DNA of 64,000 nucleotides from Haliotis rufescens (lineage: Eukaryota): positions 23,312,001 to 23,376,000 of the forward strand of contig NW_025963857.1 in the NCBI RefSeq assembly GCF_023055435.1, in the 5' to 3' direction. The position numbers were made by a program, and so were the translations under genes. The notes under the pieces are model-generated. The model saw only the letters and a list, made by a program, of their open reading frames with translations. It did not search any database and was not told where the DNA came from. This document shows positions 23,131 to 36,111 of the stretch, in pieces. How positions within the stretch are numbered: position 1 is the first letter of the stretch; the number at the start of each line of letters is the position of its first letter.

Positions 23131-25149
23131 CAGCTGGGGAATTGCTGGTCGCTGCATTTTTCTCGCATGATTCATTATCTGTCGAATCTTCTGTCAATAC
23201 ATGTACTCGTACGCACGATTTACATTAACAAAATCGAACGACGTGCAAATTCGCACTGACTTGGAAGGGTTTGTCATCGCCGCCAGTAGAACTCTTCTGC
23301 AGGCTATGCGCCATACAGCCAATAAAAACCGTTCTCGTATATTATAACAAAGGTGACAAGGATCTGACGAATCAGCCATACTTTACGTTCTCAGAATATT
23401 TGGAGATATTTTGCCACGAACGTGAAACAATAGAGTTCTTTTTTTGTAATGATGTTAGAACGATATGCCGCACTCGCTTTTATTGACACACTTGTAACGG
23501 CAAACACGCTGCGTTGGTTTCAATTTAGCGTCAATTATACATTTTCCGCAATGTCGCAATGCTAAATGCCTAGACGCACCCCTGGAACCATCTTCAAGGT
23601 CCACACTGTCATGAAAATGTCGAAAGCTACTGCTATCTTGGCGTTTTAAAAATAGAGAATAACACGCAAAGGGGCCAGCAGAGTTTTGAGACGCCATAAT
23701 TTGATGGTTTGTATTCTTTTGCAAAGCTTCATGTTAGGCTGTGAAAATTAGGTATGTGATAAAAAACATTGGCTGGGAAAAAATGGATTTAATGCTTCTA
23801 GAATATTTTGCTTCACTCAGAAACAGATTTCTGAATCATATGATTTATGGGGAATCAGGAAAAACTCCATTTATCAATAAACTTGACTTACATTTTTATA
23901 GCCCAAAGAATTTTTCCAAAGAATACTCGGTTTTTACAGTCCGTGCCTCCAATACGGTTTCATATATCAATCTATTAGAAATAACGACATGGAGAGAGCA
24001 TAGGCGATTCGTGTCAATGAAATCAGGAAATAACCTACGTTTTACAAACTGCAGTGACTAACGTTTTGCAAGAATTGTGGTCGCACGGCACTAGTCTTCC
24101 TCCAACTATAAAATTACGCAGAGATGTCCTATCGAAGGTGTAAAATTAACCTCAAATATTAGACTGGTTTGAAAAAACAGCAACTGCGGAGCGTTGTCCG
24201 ATATTTTGCAATGTTTTTAATCCTGCACCGATAATCTTTTTTTATTTAACAGCCTTAGGGAAACTACGAGCCAACAAGATACTGCCCTAACATCTGAACA
24301 ACATAAATATACATTCTATAATGGATATTTTCTTGTGCATAACGTTATATATACAGTCTGACGGATCAGTCTGCTTTTTCTTATTGTTTAGTTAATTGTT
24401 AATATTAGGCTGTTATCGTTACTTATCACTTCCATGAGGCATCACGCCTACATTTCCATAAGGGTTTGTTTGTTTGTTGTTTAACGCCGCACTCAGCAAT
24501 ATTCCAGCTATATGACGGCGGTGTGTAAATAATCGAGTCTGGAGTCTGGTGTTTCCCGTGCTTGTCTTTTTAGCTTTGGACGGACACTACTTGCAAGTAT
24601 ATCCCGGGGCAAAGAGATGGACTTTTCCCCCATGCCTATCTTAAGGCATCTCCCCCTTGCAACTTCTTCCGCTAAAATGGTTTGAATAAATGCGTTTACA
24701 ATGTTTTGTAATAAGACATTTAAGATAAATTGTAGTTTCAATGTTAAACACCTTAACACGAAGATGTTATGTATGTAAGATGTTTTCCTGTTATCTTTGG
24801 ACATCCACATTGGAGGTATAACAATATTTATAAACGAAAATGATGCATTTCTCCATGATACAACGTCTTACACTCAGATCTCTCAAAGCAGCATTGTAAC
24901 GTGGTAACGTTAATCTATATTTAATCTGAGAGGTAAACCTGGGGTCAACACGTACAAACAATTACTGGGGAACAACACGTCAAAGCAGTTGAGCAATACC
25001 GTGAAAATAGGAGCTATAAATAAAAACCAACTAGTGTCGCACCAGCTGGCCTGCGATTACACACAAGTTGACAAGAAGTAACCATCTAAACATTAAGAAA
25101 ATAAAGCACTTAGGCAGCAAGAGGTCGTGTATGAATTAAACGCAAACAT

Positions 25150-28100
25150 CTTCAGATTCAGATTCTTTATTCTCCATAGACCACCCACGGTGGTACAAGA
25201 GCATACATAAAGTACAGAGATAAATATAATATGTACATCAAGACGGCTGTGTGCATTTAGGTTTAGCATTCAAAGTGTTAAATACAAATAATACATATTT
25301 TGATAGACGTTTAAGCTCGTTTAGTTTGGTCGTTGAAAATAGGCTTCTTAATGAAAACCCATTTGACCAAGTTAAATATCTTCTAGGAATAAGTGCAAGT
25401 CTTTTGTTATCAAAAGCTGGACATCGAAATATATAATGGAGTTCATCTGCTATTGCTGGGGAGTTACAGAGTGAACATAGACGTTGTTCTCTGGGTACAT
25501 TATTCCAGCGGCCAGTCTCGACTGGTAAATTGTGGTTATTAGTGCGAAATTGTAAGAGCGGGTAATAAACATATTTAGGTAGGTAGAGATAGTTTTCAAA
25601 TAATGGCATTTCTTTAAGATATTTATAATAGAAACCTTTTGAACTCAAAAATATTAAACTTCTCCAGGATTGTAGAAAATGATAGGTCAATATTCTTTCC
25701 ACAGACGAGACTAGCCACTTGGTGTTGAAATTACATGGCATATCGCCTACTTTGGTCAGGCCACAGGAGCTTAATAGACATTCTAAATTACATAACCAAG
25801 GGTGAATATTGGAGTTAACGTGAGCATCCATCCTTATGAATTGATATATTAGAGTCGAAAAGTTATTTTGTTGAGATCGTATAATATGTCTATGCCAAAA
25901 ACCTATAATTCTCTTAGCTACTCTAATATTAAGGGGGCCCTGCCTAATTCTCCATAGACCATAAAAGAAGGAGTTGATAATTTCAAACCAGCCGCTAATT
26001 TACGGAATTTTAAATGAACTTTTTCAACCATATTCAAACATTCAAATCCCCACGCTTCGCCGCCGTACAGTAAGATTGGTAACACCATAACATCAAATGC
26101 TTTAATAATACAATCGACTGGGAGATTGATATTTCGGACTTTCTTCAGGAGACAGTACATACATTTTGTAGCATTCTCGGTTAAAGTTTTGATGGCAAGT
26201 CCAACTTTCCTATGTTTAGTCTACCGTTTCTAATTCTTTATTGTCGAAAATGAAGGGGGCGATTTTTCTCTTTGTAGTACCACTGCCAAACACTACAACT
26301 TTAGTTTTAGATATGTTAACCGTTAGTTTCCATTTTCGACAGTATAATAAGAGGGAGTTTAAAGAAGTTTGCAGAGATCCAGGATCGGTACCAAATAGAA
26401 CTATGTCATCAGCGTACAGCAGTAACAGGAGCTGTACAGAGAGTAAATGTTTCCTCTGACAGGGTTAACTTGACACCTTGACAACAGTTTTCTATCAACC
26501 ACGGTACGAGATCGTTAAGGAATATTGAAAATAGAAGGGGAGAGAAATTTTCTCCCTGGCGAACGCCAGTGTAACCTGGGAAGAAGTTAGAAGTGTGTTT
26601 GTCTATTTGAACACATGACTTAATGTCACTATACATGTTTTTAACTAATGTTAAAAATTTACCCGTAATTCCAAAATTTAACAATTTTGACCAGAGACCC
26701 ACCCTCCAGACATTATCAAAAGCTTTTGAAAAGTCAATGAATACACAATATAATTTTTCTTTATTATTTTTTTGAATATTCATTAGCATATTCAAAACAA
26801 AAATATTATCAATTGTAGAAAATCCCGAAATCCAGCTTGGGCTGGCGATAACATGTTATTCACATTTAAATAGTTAGTTAATCTAGTGTTTAAAATACCA
26901 GTAAATAGCTTACCAAGACAACTCAGTAGTTCGATCGGTCGATAAGAAGCAGGGTCTAACGGGTCACCCTTTCTCTTGTATATAGGCTTAATAATACCAG
27001 TTGACCATGCATTAGGGAGTATACCCGTGGTGAATACAAGATTGAATAGTGATGTGAGTAGGGGCAGTAACAACTCAAATGCGTCAATCAAATAACTATT
27101 ATCTATCAAATCAAACCCACAGGCTTTATTTCGTTTCAAAGATCTAATTCCCTCTTTTATTTCTTCTGATGATATAACGTTATTCAGTACAGTAATGCCA
27201 TAGTTATCTGATTCAGGAACGTCTATTAACTCATCATCATCATCATATCTTGTAGAATTGATGTCCTTAAAAAAATCGTAAAATCTGTCTACATCCGGGA
27301 TAGGTCCATTATTAGTGTTGTCTGTCCCGTTTAATATTTTCCAGAACTCTTTTGGAGAGGCTTTAGCTTTTCTCCTCAGTTGGGTACTAATTTCGTGTTT
27401 GTGTTTATTAATGTGTCTTGTGAGGCACTTTTTATAATTCTTTGCGACTTGGCGATAATGTAATCTATTCCTTTCGGTTTCAAATTTTCTGAAGAGTTTT
27501 CTGGTTTTAGAGTAGTTTCTACACATTAACCTGCATTCTTTATTATACCAGGGTTTATTTACCTTATTACTGCTACAATTCTGTTGCCGAGAATGATTAG
27601 TGCGCATACCAAAAGTTTCTCGTGCGGCATTGGCGAGCACGTGCGCTAGCCCATCGGCTGACCTATTTATGACAGTTACGGGGTCGTCATGACCGGTGAG
27701 TGCTAATTCAGCGAGTTTAGTTATAGCGTTTATTTGATCTGCATCTATGTGTCTACAGAATACCACAGCTTTATCTTGATCATACTTCTTTGGTTTTGTA
27801 CGTGAATTAGGTTGATTATAGTTTTCATTATCATGAATATATAAATCTTCATTTTCATTATCGTTTCCTGCAGTTGCTAATGTAAAAAGGATTGGGCAAT
27901 GAACACCAGAATACAATGGCAAGAAGTCACCCACCTCAAAGCTATTAAACAAAGATAAACAAGAAGAGGATGCAAGTTCATAGTCAACAACACTCTTATC
28001 TTTACACGTAACGGCTCCGGTAGACCTGTCTTCACCGAGGCGGCCGTTGCATATAAACAGATTTAAAGTTTTACAAAATAATGTCAATCAGCTTTTTACC

Positions 28101-28475
28101 ATGATTATTAACAGTGCAATAGTCACTTGTTGTTCTAACACGGGGGATGTTTAAGTCGTCTAACAATGATTCAGGGTCGTAGACATTTGTCAGGTCATCT
28201 ATATCCATTTCTACTTCTTCAAGCATGTGTTTATCAAACATAGTATAATCGCTTAGGTTTCCATTAAAATCACCCAATAGTGTAACATATTCAGAAGCAG
28301 AGAACATTGACAGTATTGAACGTTCTAGTTGATAAAACATATCGTCAGAACAGAATTTTGACCCTTCTGGGGGCAGATACACCACTCCTAAATACGTATC
28401 AAGTTTGCTTTGACCAAAATGACAGTGGGTGACATCAGAGAACAGAGAATTTGCCGCAGAATTCACCACCGTTAA
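25150..28475 (-). mobile_element. Degraded, 5'-truncated non-LTR retrotransposon (APE endonuclease + RT; CR1/L2-group-like)
   Basis: Frameshifted ORFs: VVYLPPE..LLGDFN, SVVDY, PASYRPIELLSCLGKLF, FIDFSKAFD, GVRQGENFSPLLF, YADD at ~26405-26416, LPVETGRW..CSLC..DELHYIFRC; 3' AATAAA+(GAATCT)n tail. Confidence 0.93.
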
Positions 28476-29209
28476 GTGTTTTTGTGTGTGTGATGTATTT
28501 TAAATTCTCTACGACTTCAAAAGGAGGGTTAACGAGGAGGGACATTTACGTATATAAATGCATGCAAAACAATCATCTCATCACACGTATGCCTCACTAA
28601 CCTTTCAGGTCTGACTGCGTCCGATTATGTCCGACTGTACCATAACGTTGACATATTTCTAGAAGTCATCAGCCATCTATTAATCAAGTATTGACCTTCT
28701 TCAATGCTTGTAGAGCTCCTCTATATCTGTGTCTCTATGGTATTCTCCTCATGTCATAATGGAATGGGGGACGTGGAGAACAGCGAGGTAGATTTGGGAG
28801 TCGTGGTGTAATTGTGTGAGCCATGCTGCAAAAACTCACTGTAACACTGGAGGCACATGTCTGAAGCTGGCATATATATATATAACACAGCAGGGCCTCT
28901 AACTCTTGTGTTGCCACTTATTCCACTGAAAACGGCCTCTCGTTAATACTCGTGTATTGCCACTTATTCCTTAATTAATCAATAAAGTTGATGTTTACCT
29001 AAAAGATTTCAAATTTCAGGTGCTTCATTGGGATCAACCCCGACCAAGGTTCGAAGGGAAACAAAGGGAAGAAGAAGAAAACACAAATGAATGCAAAAGT
29101 GCCTTAATTTGTTGCGTATTAAGCAATCATCAATCATTTGAATGTAAGTCTAGTAGGAGTTTCTTACGCGTGTTACCATAGGTCTAACTGTCATTCAACT
29201 ATGAAGTTA

Positions 29210-29218
29210 CCCCCCCCC

Positions 29219-29253
<35 letters not shown>
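29210..29253. repeat. poly(C) + (CT)n microsatellite
   Basis: Direct read. Confidence 0.95.
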
Positions 29254-30429
29254 AGTTAAATTACCCAGCTTGTAATGTGTGATTATGGTGTTAAGTGTAA
29301 CATAAATCAAAGGCACATATAATATAAATGCATATAATTAAGGTCTATATGTATAAGGATATAATTAAGGTCTGTTTACATAGTTGTTAGCTGTTAACAT
29401 AGCATGATGGCGGCTAACGGATGTGAGAAATAGGATCCCTCGACCAAATAAGGCGAGGCCAATATGTCAACTGTACTGGTTACGAGACTGGTAACAGTCT
29501 AGTAGTCAGGGATGGCACCCAAGTTTCATTTTACACAAGGATTCTTTCAAAGATTTATCGTACCATCTGTGGTCCAATTTGTGTGCTTCCAAAGATCGAA
29601 ATCGTGTTGACATAAAACAGTGGAAATGATGTCACATGACGATGTGAAGGGAACCTTTCTCTATGGATCACTGAATGGTAGGCGAACATCTAGTCTCTGA
29701 AATGAACACACCGTACAGAATAAACAATAGTTGTTATTTTTTTAAAATAAAAAATGCATAAAAAGGAGCCCATTTTCATTTCCTGATACTGCAGAAATCT
29801 AGACTTGACAAATATTATAGACTTGCATGGGCTGTATTTGGTACATTTGTATCAGGGTCTGTAAAACAGACTGGAGGAAGTGGTTTTATAAGGCGCTGCA
29901 TTCTCGTCTCTAAGGCGTGTCAGAAACCTATGGTCGTCGGTTTGAATTTAAGAATTCCCACAGATTATGTTTCCAGGTTTGTCAGCATCATAAGTTGGTA
30001 TATCGAACACTGCGTCTTTCTTGTGATGCTTCATGCTGTATCACATTTATCTGCTTGTCTCCTTTTCCGTCATTCACAAGAAGAGGCATTTATACAAATT
30101 TGCCTGTAGAGTGGTGTCAGGAGTAATATCATGCTTCTGGGGATTCGGTCTGAAACGGTAACTTTTCTAAATTGTTTATGGGTACCAGTTAGGATGCGAT
30201 GGAAATGTTAATACAACATTGGTTTCTATACTCCACAGGAAGCTGGAAATCCAAACTTCATTAACACTAATCCATATTTGTACGGGTAATGAGCATGTAT
30301 TTGTGGAATTAGCGCCATTCAAACGTACATGTTATGAATATTATTGAAGATTCCCAAACTCCAACCATGTTTTTTTCCAAGACTCAAATTACATACGAAG
30401 CTACCAAATATGGATATAGCAGAGTATAT

Positions 30430-31075
30430 AGGAATTCTTATGCGGCGATGCGTTCCGTTTGACCGCAAGCACTGTCATACATTGGGGAACGCGGTTTTCA
30501 GAAGGTAGGCGGTGCGTGCTCAAAATGATGACAATGCATACTACAGAGAATAGGCTGACGAAGCTTTGTATGGATGCCAGTGAAATTGAGCATGTGCTGT
30601 AATATACATAGTTCCGTTTTGTAAGTAAAAAATAACGTTGTGTACAAGGAAACCTTGTTAATCCCGAAAAAGGGTGAAATAGGGACTTTCGGAAGCGTTC
30701 GTTAAATCCCCAACGTAACCATCAAACACCATTATGTGGTTGGATATGTGCACAACGGAATAAAATTATCCCGGATGATTTAACTGAACACAATACCTCA
30801 CGGATTAACGATTTTTCACGGTATATTGGAATATGACACAGATAAAATATTACCCCAAGCATGACGTCATGCAGTTTGTTATTATCAGATATACAGAGAG
30901 AGCAAAGCCAAAGATCTGCTTGAATTGACGGATGATGGTTTAATGAATGTCGTCCCGGGCTTCTGCAAATGGCAAAGACATTCATTTGACAAGAGAAAGA
31001 TAATCCATAATTCCGAGTTTCGAGGAGATACTTAATATATTACCTATCGTGTATATGAAAAAGACAATGAGGCAA
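30430..31075 (-). pseudogene. Remnant of a paralogous nAChR-like gene (start of last exon plus adjacent intron)
   Basis: 30430-30580 reads LASIQSFVSLFSVVCIVIILSTHRLPSENRVPQCMTVLAVKR, homologous to exon 6. 30600-31075 aligns patchily to intron 7590-8440. Splice acceptor is lost and no M4 is seen. Confidence 0.8.
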
Positions 31076-31607
31076 ATGTCTCATTGTCGTTCATTTTCAA
31101 GGACAGCGCACACATTTGCATTTCAATACAGTGCACACTGTCTACCCCTTGATACCGTCAATGACTGCTTTGACAAAAATTGACACGCCTGCTTATTTGT
31201 TTCGCTGCATGTTTTTAAAAAGCAAATTGAAATACAGACAGCCAATTCCAGATATTATGGTACTTCAAATGGCCATCAAACCCTTTCCTGGCAGCCCAAA
31301 GGATACATTCCTGTGAAACATGAACTCGGGTAAGTGACATTTGGTGGGAGATATATCAAGCATAAAATCCCTCCTCTTATCATCATGTCCGGTTTCTTCA
31401 GGAACTTAATAGCACATTTCAGTAGTTGATATCTTAGCTAGCAGTAAAACGCAATATCATTGAAGTGTGCTTGGATATTGGTCGACAATACGTACTATGT
31501 CCAGAGTTTACAATATGGAGAAACATAGATCACTCTTCCATTGTGAACATTCAATTCAGATTAAGATTGTCAAACAAATTTCAAGGCGTAAATAAATATG
31601 ACAAGAT

Positions 31608-31613
31608 TTTATT
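31608..31613 (-). terminator. Polyadenylation signal AATAAA of the Gly-rich gene (present in every unit)
   Basis: AATAAA about 65 nt after the TGA, followed by a T-rich tract. Confidence 0.7.
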
Positions 31614-31678
31614 GAACCAATTCCATTGGTTTGAGAAAATACATAAATAGCCAGCATCACATGGCAGGTGATAATAAC

Positions 31679-32268
31679 TCAATAATAGCCGATACCTGAA
31701 ACAAAAAAATAGTAGAATAAAGTTGGGATGTATGGATAAGTCACAACGAAGTCTTGAAACTAGCTGCATGATAAACTATACCAAATATTAGAGAAAGCAG
31801 AGAATAGTTTTAAAGATGTTTTGTAAATGTCATCAGCTTTGTCGCTGAAAATAGTAATACCACATAGGTAAATTATACAATTTTGCAAACGAGACTGGAG
31901 GTATATTTACGGATACGATAAACAAATGATATCATATTTTGTGAAATACCTTTTCCCAATCCAATTCCGTATCCTCCCATTCCGTAGAGACCACCATAGC
32001 CTCCAAGTCCACCGTATAGACCTCCCATGCCTCCGTATAGACCTCCCATGCCTCCGTATAGACCTCCCATGCCTCCGTATAGACCTCCATAGCCTCCAAG
32101 ACCTCCAAGGCCTCCAAGACCTCCAAGGCCTCCGTACAATCCACCCATTCCGTAGCCAATTCCGCCCAGTCCTCCTTTCAACCCGCCAATTCCACCATAC
32201 AGACCGATAGGCTCGGCAAAGGCGGTAACAGCCAGGCAGGCAACAAGAGCGGCGACTATCTTCATCAT
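31679..32268 (-). CDS. Secreted Gly/Leu/Tyr-rich protein copy 1, 111 aa; join(31679..31695,31950..32268)
   Basis: Signal peptide MMKIVAALVACLAVTAFA; GGLY/GGY/GGM repeats; donor AAAAG|gtattt; acceptor tttgtttcag|GTATCGGCTATTATTGA giving GIGYY*; AATAAA downstream. Confidence 0.88.
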
Positions 32269-32599
32269 TTTGAGTATCTATTGAGTAACGGGAAAATCAT
32301 TGTCAAGAAAGGTAAATAGCATGTTATCGTTACTCATCTGGTAAATTCAGTTCACACCACTCATTGTGAATTATGTTATCAGTTTTACTTTCCCCCGCAT
32401 TCATATATTTCCCAATTTACAAGAACGTTTTATGTTAAATATTCGTACTTTTATAAATTGGCTCAACATGAAGATTGAAAACAGCCAGATGCGCAGCAGA
32501 TAAATCAAAAATTAAAAGTATACATATATATCACAAGCAAACCTTAAAATAGTACTTGCAGTTTGGTCTTTACTCGTATCTGTGTCTCAACGGTAGGTG

Positions 32600-32643
32600 A
32601 AGATAAGAGATGATGGAACAGTTTCCCCCGTCCTTTATATATA
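32600..32643 (-). promoter_or_regulatory. TATA box and initiator-like site of the Gly-rich gene (present in every unit); implies a short non-coding exon 1
   Basis: TATATATAAAG at 32643-32633; TCATCT about 30 nt downstream; acceptor caatag| at 32278, 9 nt before the ATG. The exon 1 donor is ambiguous (GA|gtaaag ~32572, CT|gcaagt ~32559 or AA|gtacta ~32555). Confidence 0.65.
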
Positions 32644-32919
32644 CCATTTGTGAATTTTACGTGATTGATTTACCTTGGGCTGGCCACTTCCAGGTAAGTA
32701 ACGCACCTCAGCTTCATGGTGTAAAGTAAGCATTCTTTTCGCATCAAAGGGCCCGAGGTTATCACCCTACGGGTACACATGCGAGCTGGTATTCATGAAC
32801 ATCGATTAAGGAAGTACAAGACAACGTATATAAAGGTGGCAAACAGACACACTCTCTCTGGCATCGTCTAACTGCATTTCAAACAGTCCTCGATACTCAA
32901 TGTTTAACCTATATTATTT

Positions 32920-33086
32920 AGGGGCGGTCGGGTAGCCTAGTGGTTAAAGTGTTCGCTCGTTACGCCGAAGACACGGGTTCGATTTCCGACATGGGTACAA
33001 TGTGTGTAGCCCATTGCTGGTGTCCCCCGCCGTGATATTGCTGGAAAATTGCTAAAAGCGGCGTAAAACCATACTCACTCACTCAC
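32920..33086 (+). mobile_element. Short tRNA-derived SINE upstream of the Gly-rich gene promoter (also at 37369, 41824, 46279, 50734, 55207, 59662)
   Basis: Same family as 12280; 14-bp TSD tttaacctatatta. Confidence 0.92.
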
Positions 33087-33692
33087 TTTAACCTATATTA
33101 AGTGAATATTCGATAATGGTCTGAAAAGTGTGTATTCAGTAAATATATGATGTGGGAGCAACATACATCAGACATTATAATGCATCTGTGTGATACGACA
33201 TAACATGAGACCAGAAAACTGACGCAACACACCAGTACAGCCTCGCCACAGTACAGCAGTAGCACTGTACCACACGAGGTCAACTATGCTAACCGTTTCC
33301 GTGTAATACAGCAGCCTGCTCACAAGAAAATAGCTTCTGCTGAATATACTGCAGAAGTCCCCAGATACTACATTATTCTCCCCGAATTTTATTTATCTTA
33401 CTGCACAATAACTATAAACTACAACAGCTTTATTTCCTAACTGAAAGGGACATATATTGGTTTCTTCTCACAAAGGGACTGTCACTATGAATACTCACAA
33501 CAACGTTTTATGTGTGTAGTATCTGTTAAAAGCCGAAAGTACACCAGTGTCTTCTGAAAACATGATTGACATATGAACAACAGCTTGTTTTCTCGTCTTT
33601 GATGACTTGTCTTTGTATGTGTTTGTGACGGTGGAACCGATGGGGCAGGATACGCTTACTTTTTGGCAACCGCCCGGTATCATCACTATCTG

Positions 33693-33958
33693 GTTGGTTA
33701 GTTGGTTGGTTGGTTGTTTAACGCCGCACTCAGCAATATTCCTGCTATTATATGACGGCGGTCTGTAAATAATCGAGTCTGGACCAGACAATCCAGTGAT
33801 TAAAATCATTAGCATCGATCCACGCAATTAGGATCGATGACATGCATCAACCAAGTCAGCGAGCCTGACCACCCGATCCCGTTAGTCGCCTTTTACGACA
33901 AGCATAGTCACCTTTTACGGCAAGCATGGGTTGCTGAAGACCCATTCTACCCCGGAAT
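33693..33958 (-). mobile_element. Headless SINE-like copy inside each array unit (also ~38142, 42597, 47052, 51507, 55980, 60435), inserted in a PLE 3'-UTR remnant (33600-34020, + strand)
   Basis: 9-bp TSD cactatctg; the rejoined flanks match the reverse complement of the 10200-10445 PLE 3' motif. Confidence 0.88.
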
Positions 33959-36111
33959 CCACTATCTGATAGTCATTCATACGCACATGCTGTGATCATT
34001 ATAGTCGGAATCGTACAATGGCCTCTGCTTCGAGCAGAGCTTTCGAATGATTCTGAAAAGGGTTTTGTGGCGTTTATTTGCAACTGCGTTTCTTGAGAGA
34101 ACTCTCTTATCTTCAACATATCATCTTGATAATTGTACACTTCATTATCAAGGAATTTGTGATAATACGAGCATCACTAAATTTGATATCTCAATTTTTA
34201 TAGATAACGCCTGAATATTGATATAATAATCATTCAATGATGACCCTTTAACTACATAAATCGTCAACGCCAGAGAATATTCAGGCTCGATTATCTGTTG
34301 AAACAGATTTCATTGGGTGTAAAAGGCAAGATTGTGCTAAAATGTATACTGAATATCAGTGATGTCACCAGGTGTTAGTGAATAGTTCATATTTGTTGGA
34401 TGTTTCATGAGCTCCTCCGTCCGTTCCATCGTGTGCCAAATTGGGAGAATGTTGTCTTTTGACAATGTCTCAGCCATTCATACTTTTGCATATATACTTA
34501 ATCACTGTTGCAAATAACTCACTTTAACGTGTTTTAATCTTCGGCTGAGTCTTAGGTTGTAAACATTAGAAGAAAGTATATAAATCGTCTCTACCCTTTA
34601 CGTATGCCCTTGACATTATGAAGCAGTAGTGATAGTGATGATTGTGTTCTTTCAAGGCGTGTTTAGACCAAAACTCTTACCAAGAATAAAACACGCGCAA
34701 ATCAGTTTGACAATGTGTAACTATATAAGGGTTGCCCAGAAAAACCGTACATCTAAAAGTAAAGGCGTGTGTTTTCAGAAGAAAATGCTCTTAAAGTATA
34801 ACACAGAGGTGTTTTCAAAGATAGACATGATCAAACGACTTGTTTTTACAGTCTGGTTGTTGTTATAAAGACTTATGACACGCTTTAAAGTTGGACCATT
34901 TATTCCGCTGAATTTCACTCTCTACAGTTACCAAATGCAATCTCCTTTGTATTGATAAATGATTGTCACTTCTGCTTTGTAATCAAACAATAGGGATATA
35001 TTAGCTATTTGTTTGTTCATTGTAATCTTCAATCCTACCAATCCAGTTCGGAATCTTCAAATTCGCGCTCTGATTTAATCAATATGTATTTTACAAATAG
35101 CGCCTACAGGGAAGGTGGTTAGTAAACACACAACTAAATATCTATATAGATACTTCTCCTATTAATTACATAAGCAGTATGCAAAATGTTAAATTGCATC
35201 ATCAAATCAAGAAGTACATGTTTGATGGAAATTACAAATAATTCGTAGTTTGATAAGCTATACCCGGACAAGCGTATTTAATAGTTACTTTTGAATTCAA
35301 TCGTTTTGTTTGTGTAATTGATAAACTGTAAAGATATGTTATTGTCATGGAAATTCCAACTGTATGCATTCCCTTCTAACCAAAGCAGTAAGAATCTTGC
35401 AACATTTGTTTTGATGCTCTACATCACTATGGCTTTCGGGTTTGTTTTATTGCAGCAGCTCAGATATTATTTATACAAAGCGCCATAACAACATGTAGAT
35501 TGTATTCTGAATACAACTTTCGCTCATTTTCAAGGACAGCGCACACATTTGCATTTCAATACAGTGCACACTGTCTACCCCTTGATACCGTCAATGACTG
35601 CTTTGACAAAAATTGACACGCCTGCTTATTTGTTTCGCTGCATGTTTTTAAAATGCAAATTGAAATACAGACAGCCAATTCCAGATATTATGGTACTTCA
35701 AATGGCCATCAAACCCTTTCCTGGCAGCCCAAATGAAACATTCCCGTGAAACATGAACTCGGGTAAGTGACATTTGGTGGGAGATATATCAAGCATAAAA
35801 TCCGTCCTCTTATCATCATGTCCGGTTTCCTCAGGAACTTAATAGCACTTTTCAGTAGTTGATATCTTACCTAGCAGTAAAACGCAATATCATTGAAGTG
35901 TGCTTGGATATTGGTCGACAACACGTACTATGTCCAGAGTTTACAATATGAAGAAACATTGATCACTCTTCCATTGTGAACATTCAATTCAGATTAAGAT
36001 TTTCAAACAAATTTCAAGGCGTAAATAAATATGACAAGATTTTATTGAACCAATTCCATTGGTTTGAGAAAATACATAAATAGCCAGCATCACACTGCAG
36101 GTGATAATAAC

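Noticed and set aside
31873-31949. ORF-track C-terminus GISQNMISFVYRIRK...
   Set aside because: Intron read-through; composition breaks abruptly at a GT donor
31980-32140. Regular 21-bp and 9/18-bp repeats resembling a CRISPR or minisatellite array
   Set aside because: No unique spacers; these are coding repeats in a eukaryotic gene
31926-32210. Overlapping ORFs (LRIDLPC repeats on +, EAWEVYT repeats on -) over each Gly-rich gene
   Set aside because: Shadow frames of the GGA-GGY codon repeats; no signal peptide, promoter or splice support
32920-33000. tRNA-like sequences here and at 12280, 22525, 8138
   Set aside because: SINE heads with body, simple-repeat tail and TSDs, not tRNA genes
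34722-34790. Possible Tc1/mariner-like terminus (tataagggttgcccagaaaaaccgtac) in each unit
   Set aside because: No matching inverted partner found
31063-35520. Array unit as a Helitron or other rolling-circle tandem
   Set aside because: No 5' TC / 3' hairpin-CTRR termini found at unit boundaries; the hairpin occurs only at the array edge
33098-35749. Other 60-110 aa ORFs repeated in every unit (MTPCG.., MRGSM.., MFRPK.., MHFNT..)
   Set aside because: Conserved only because units are near-identical; they overlap SINE or PLE remnants or AT-rich spacer, several use non-ATG starts, and no domains are recognisable
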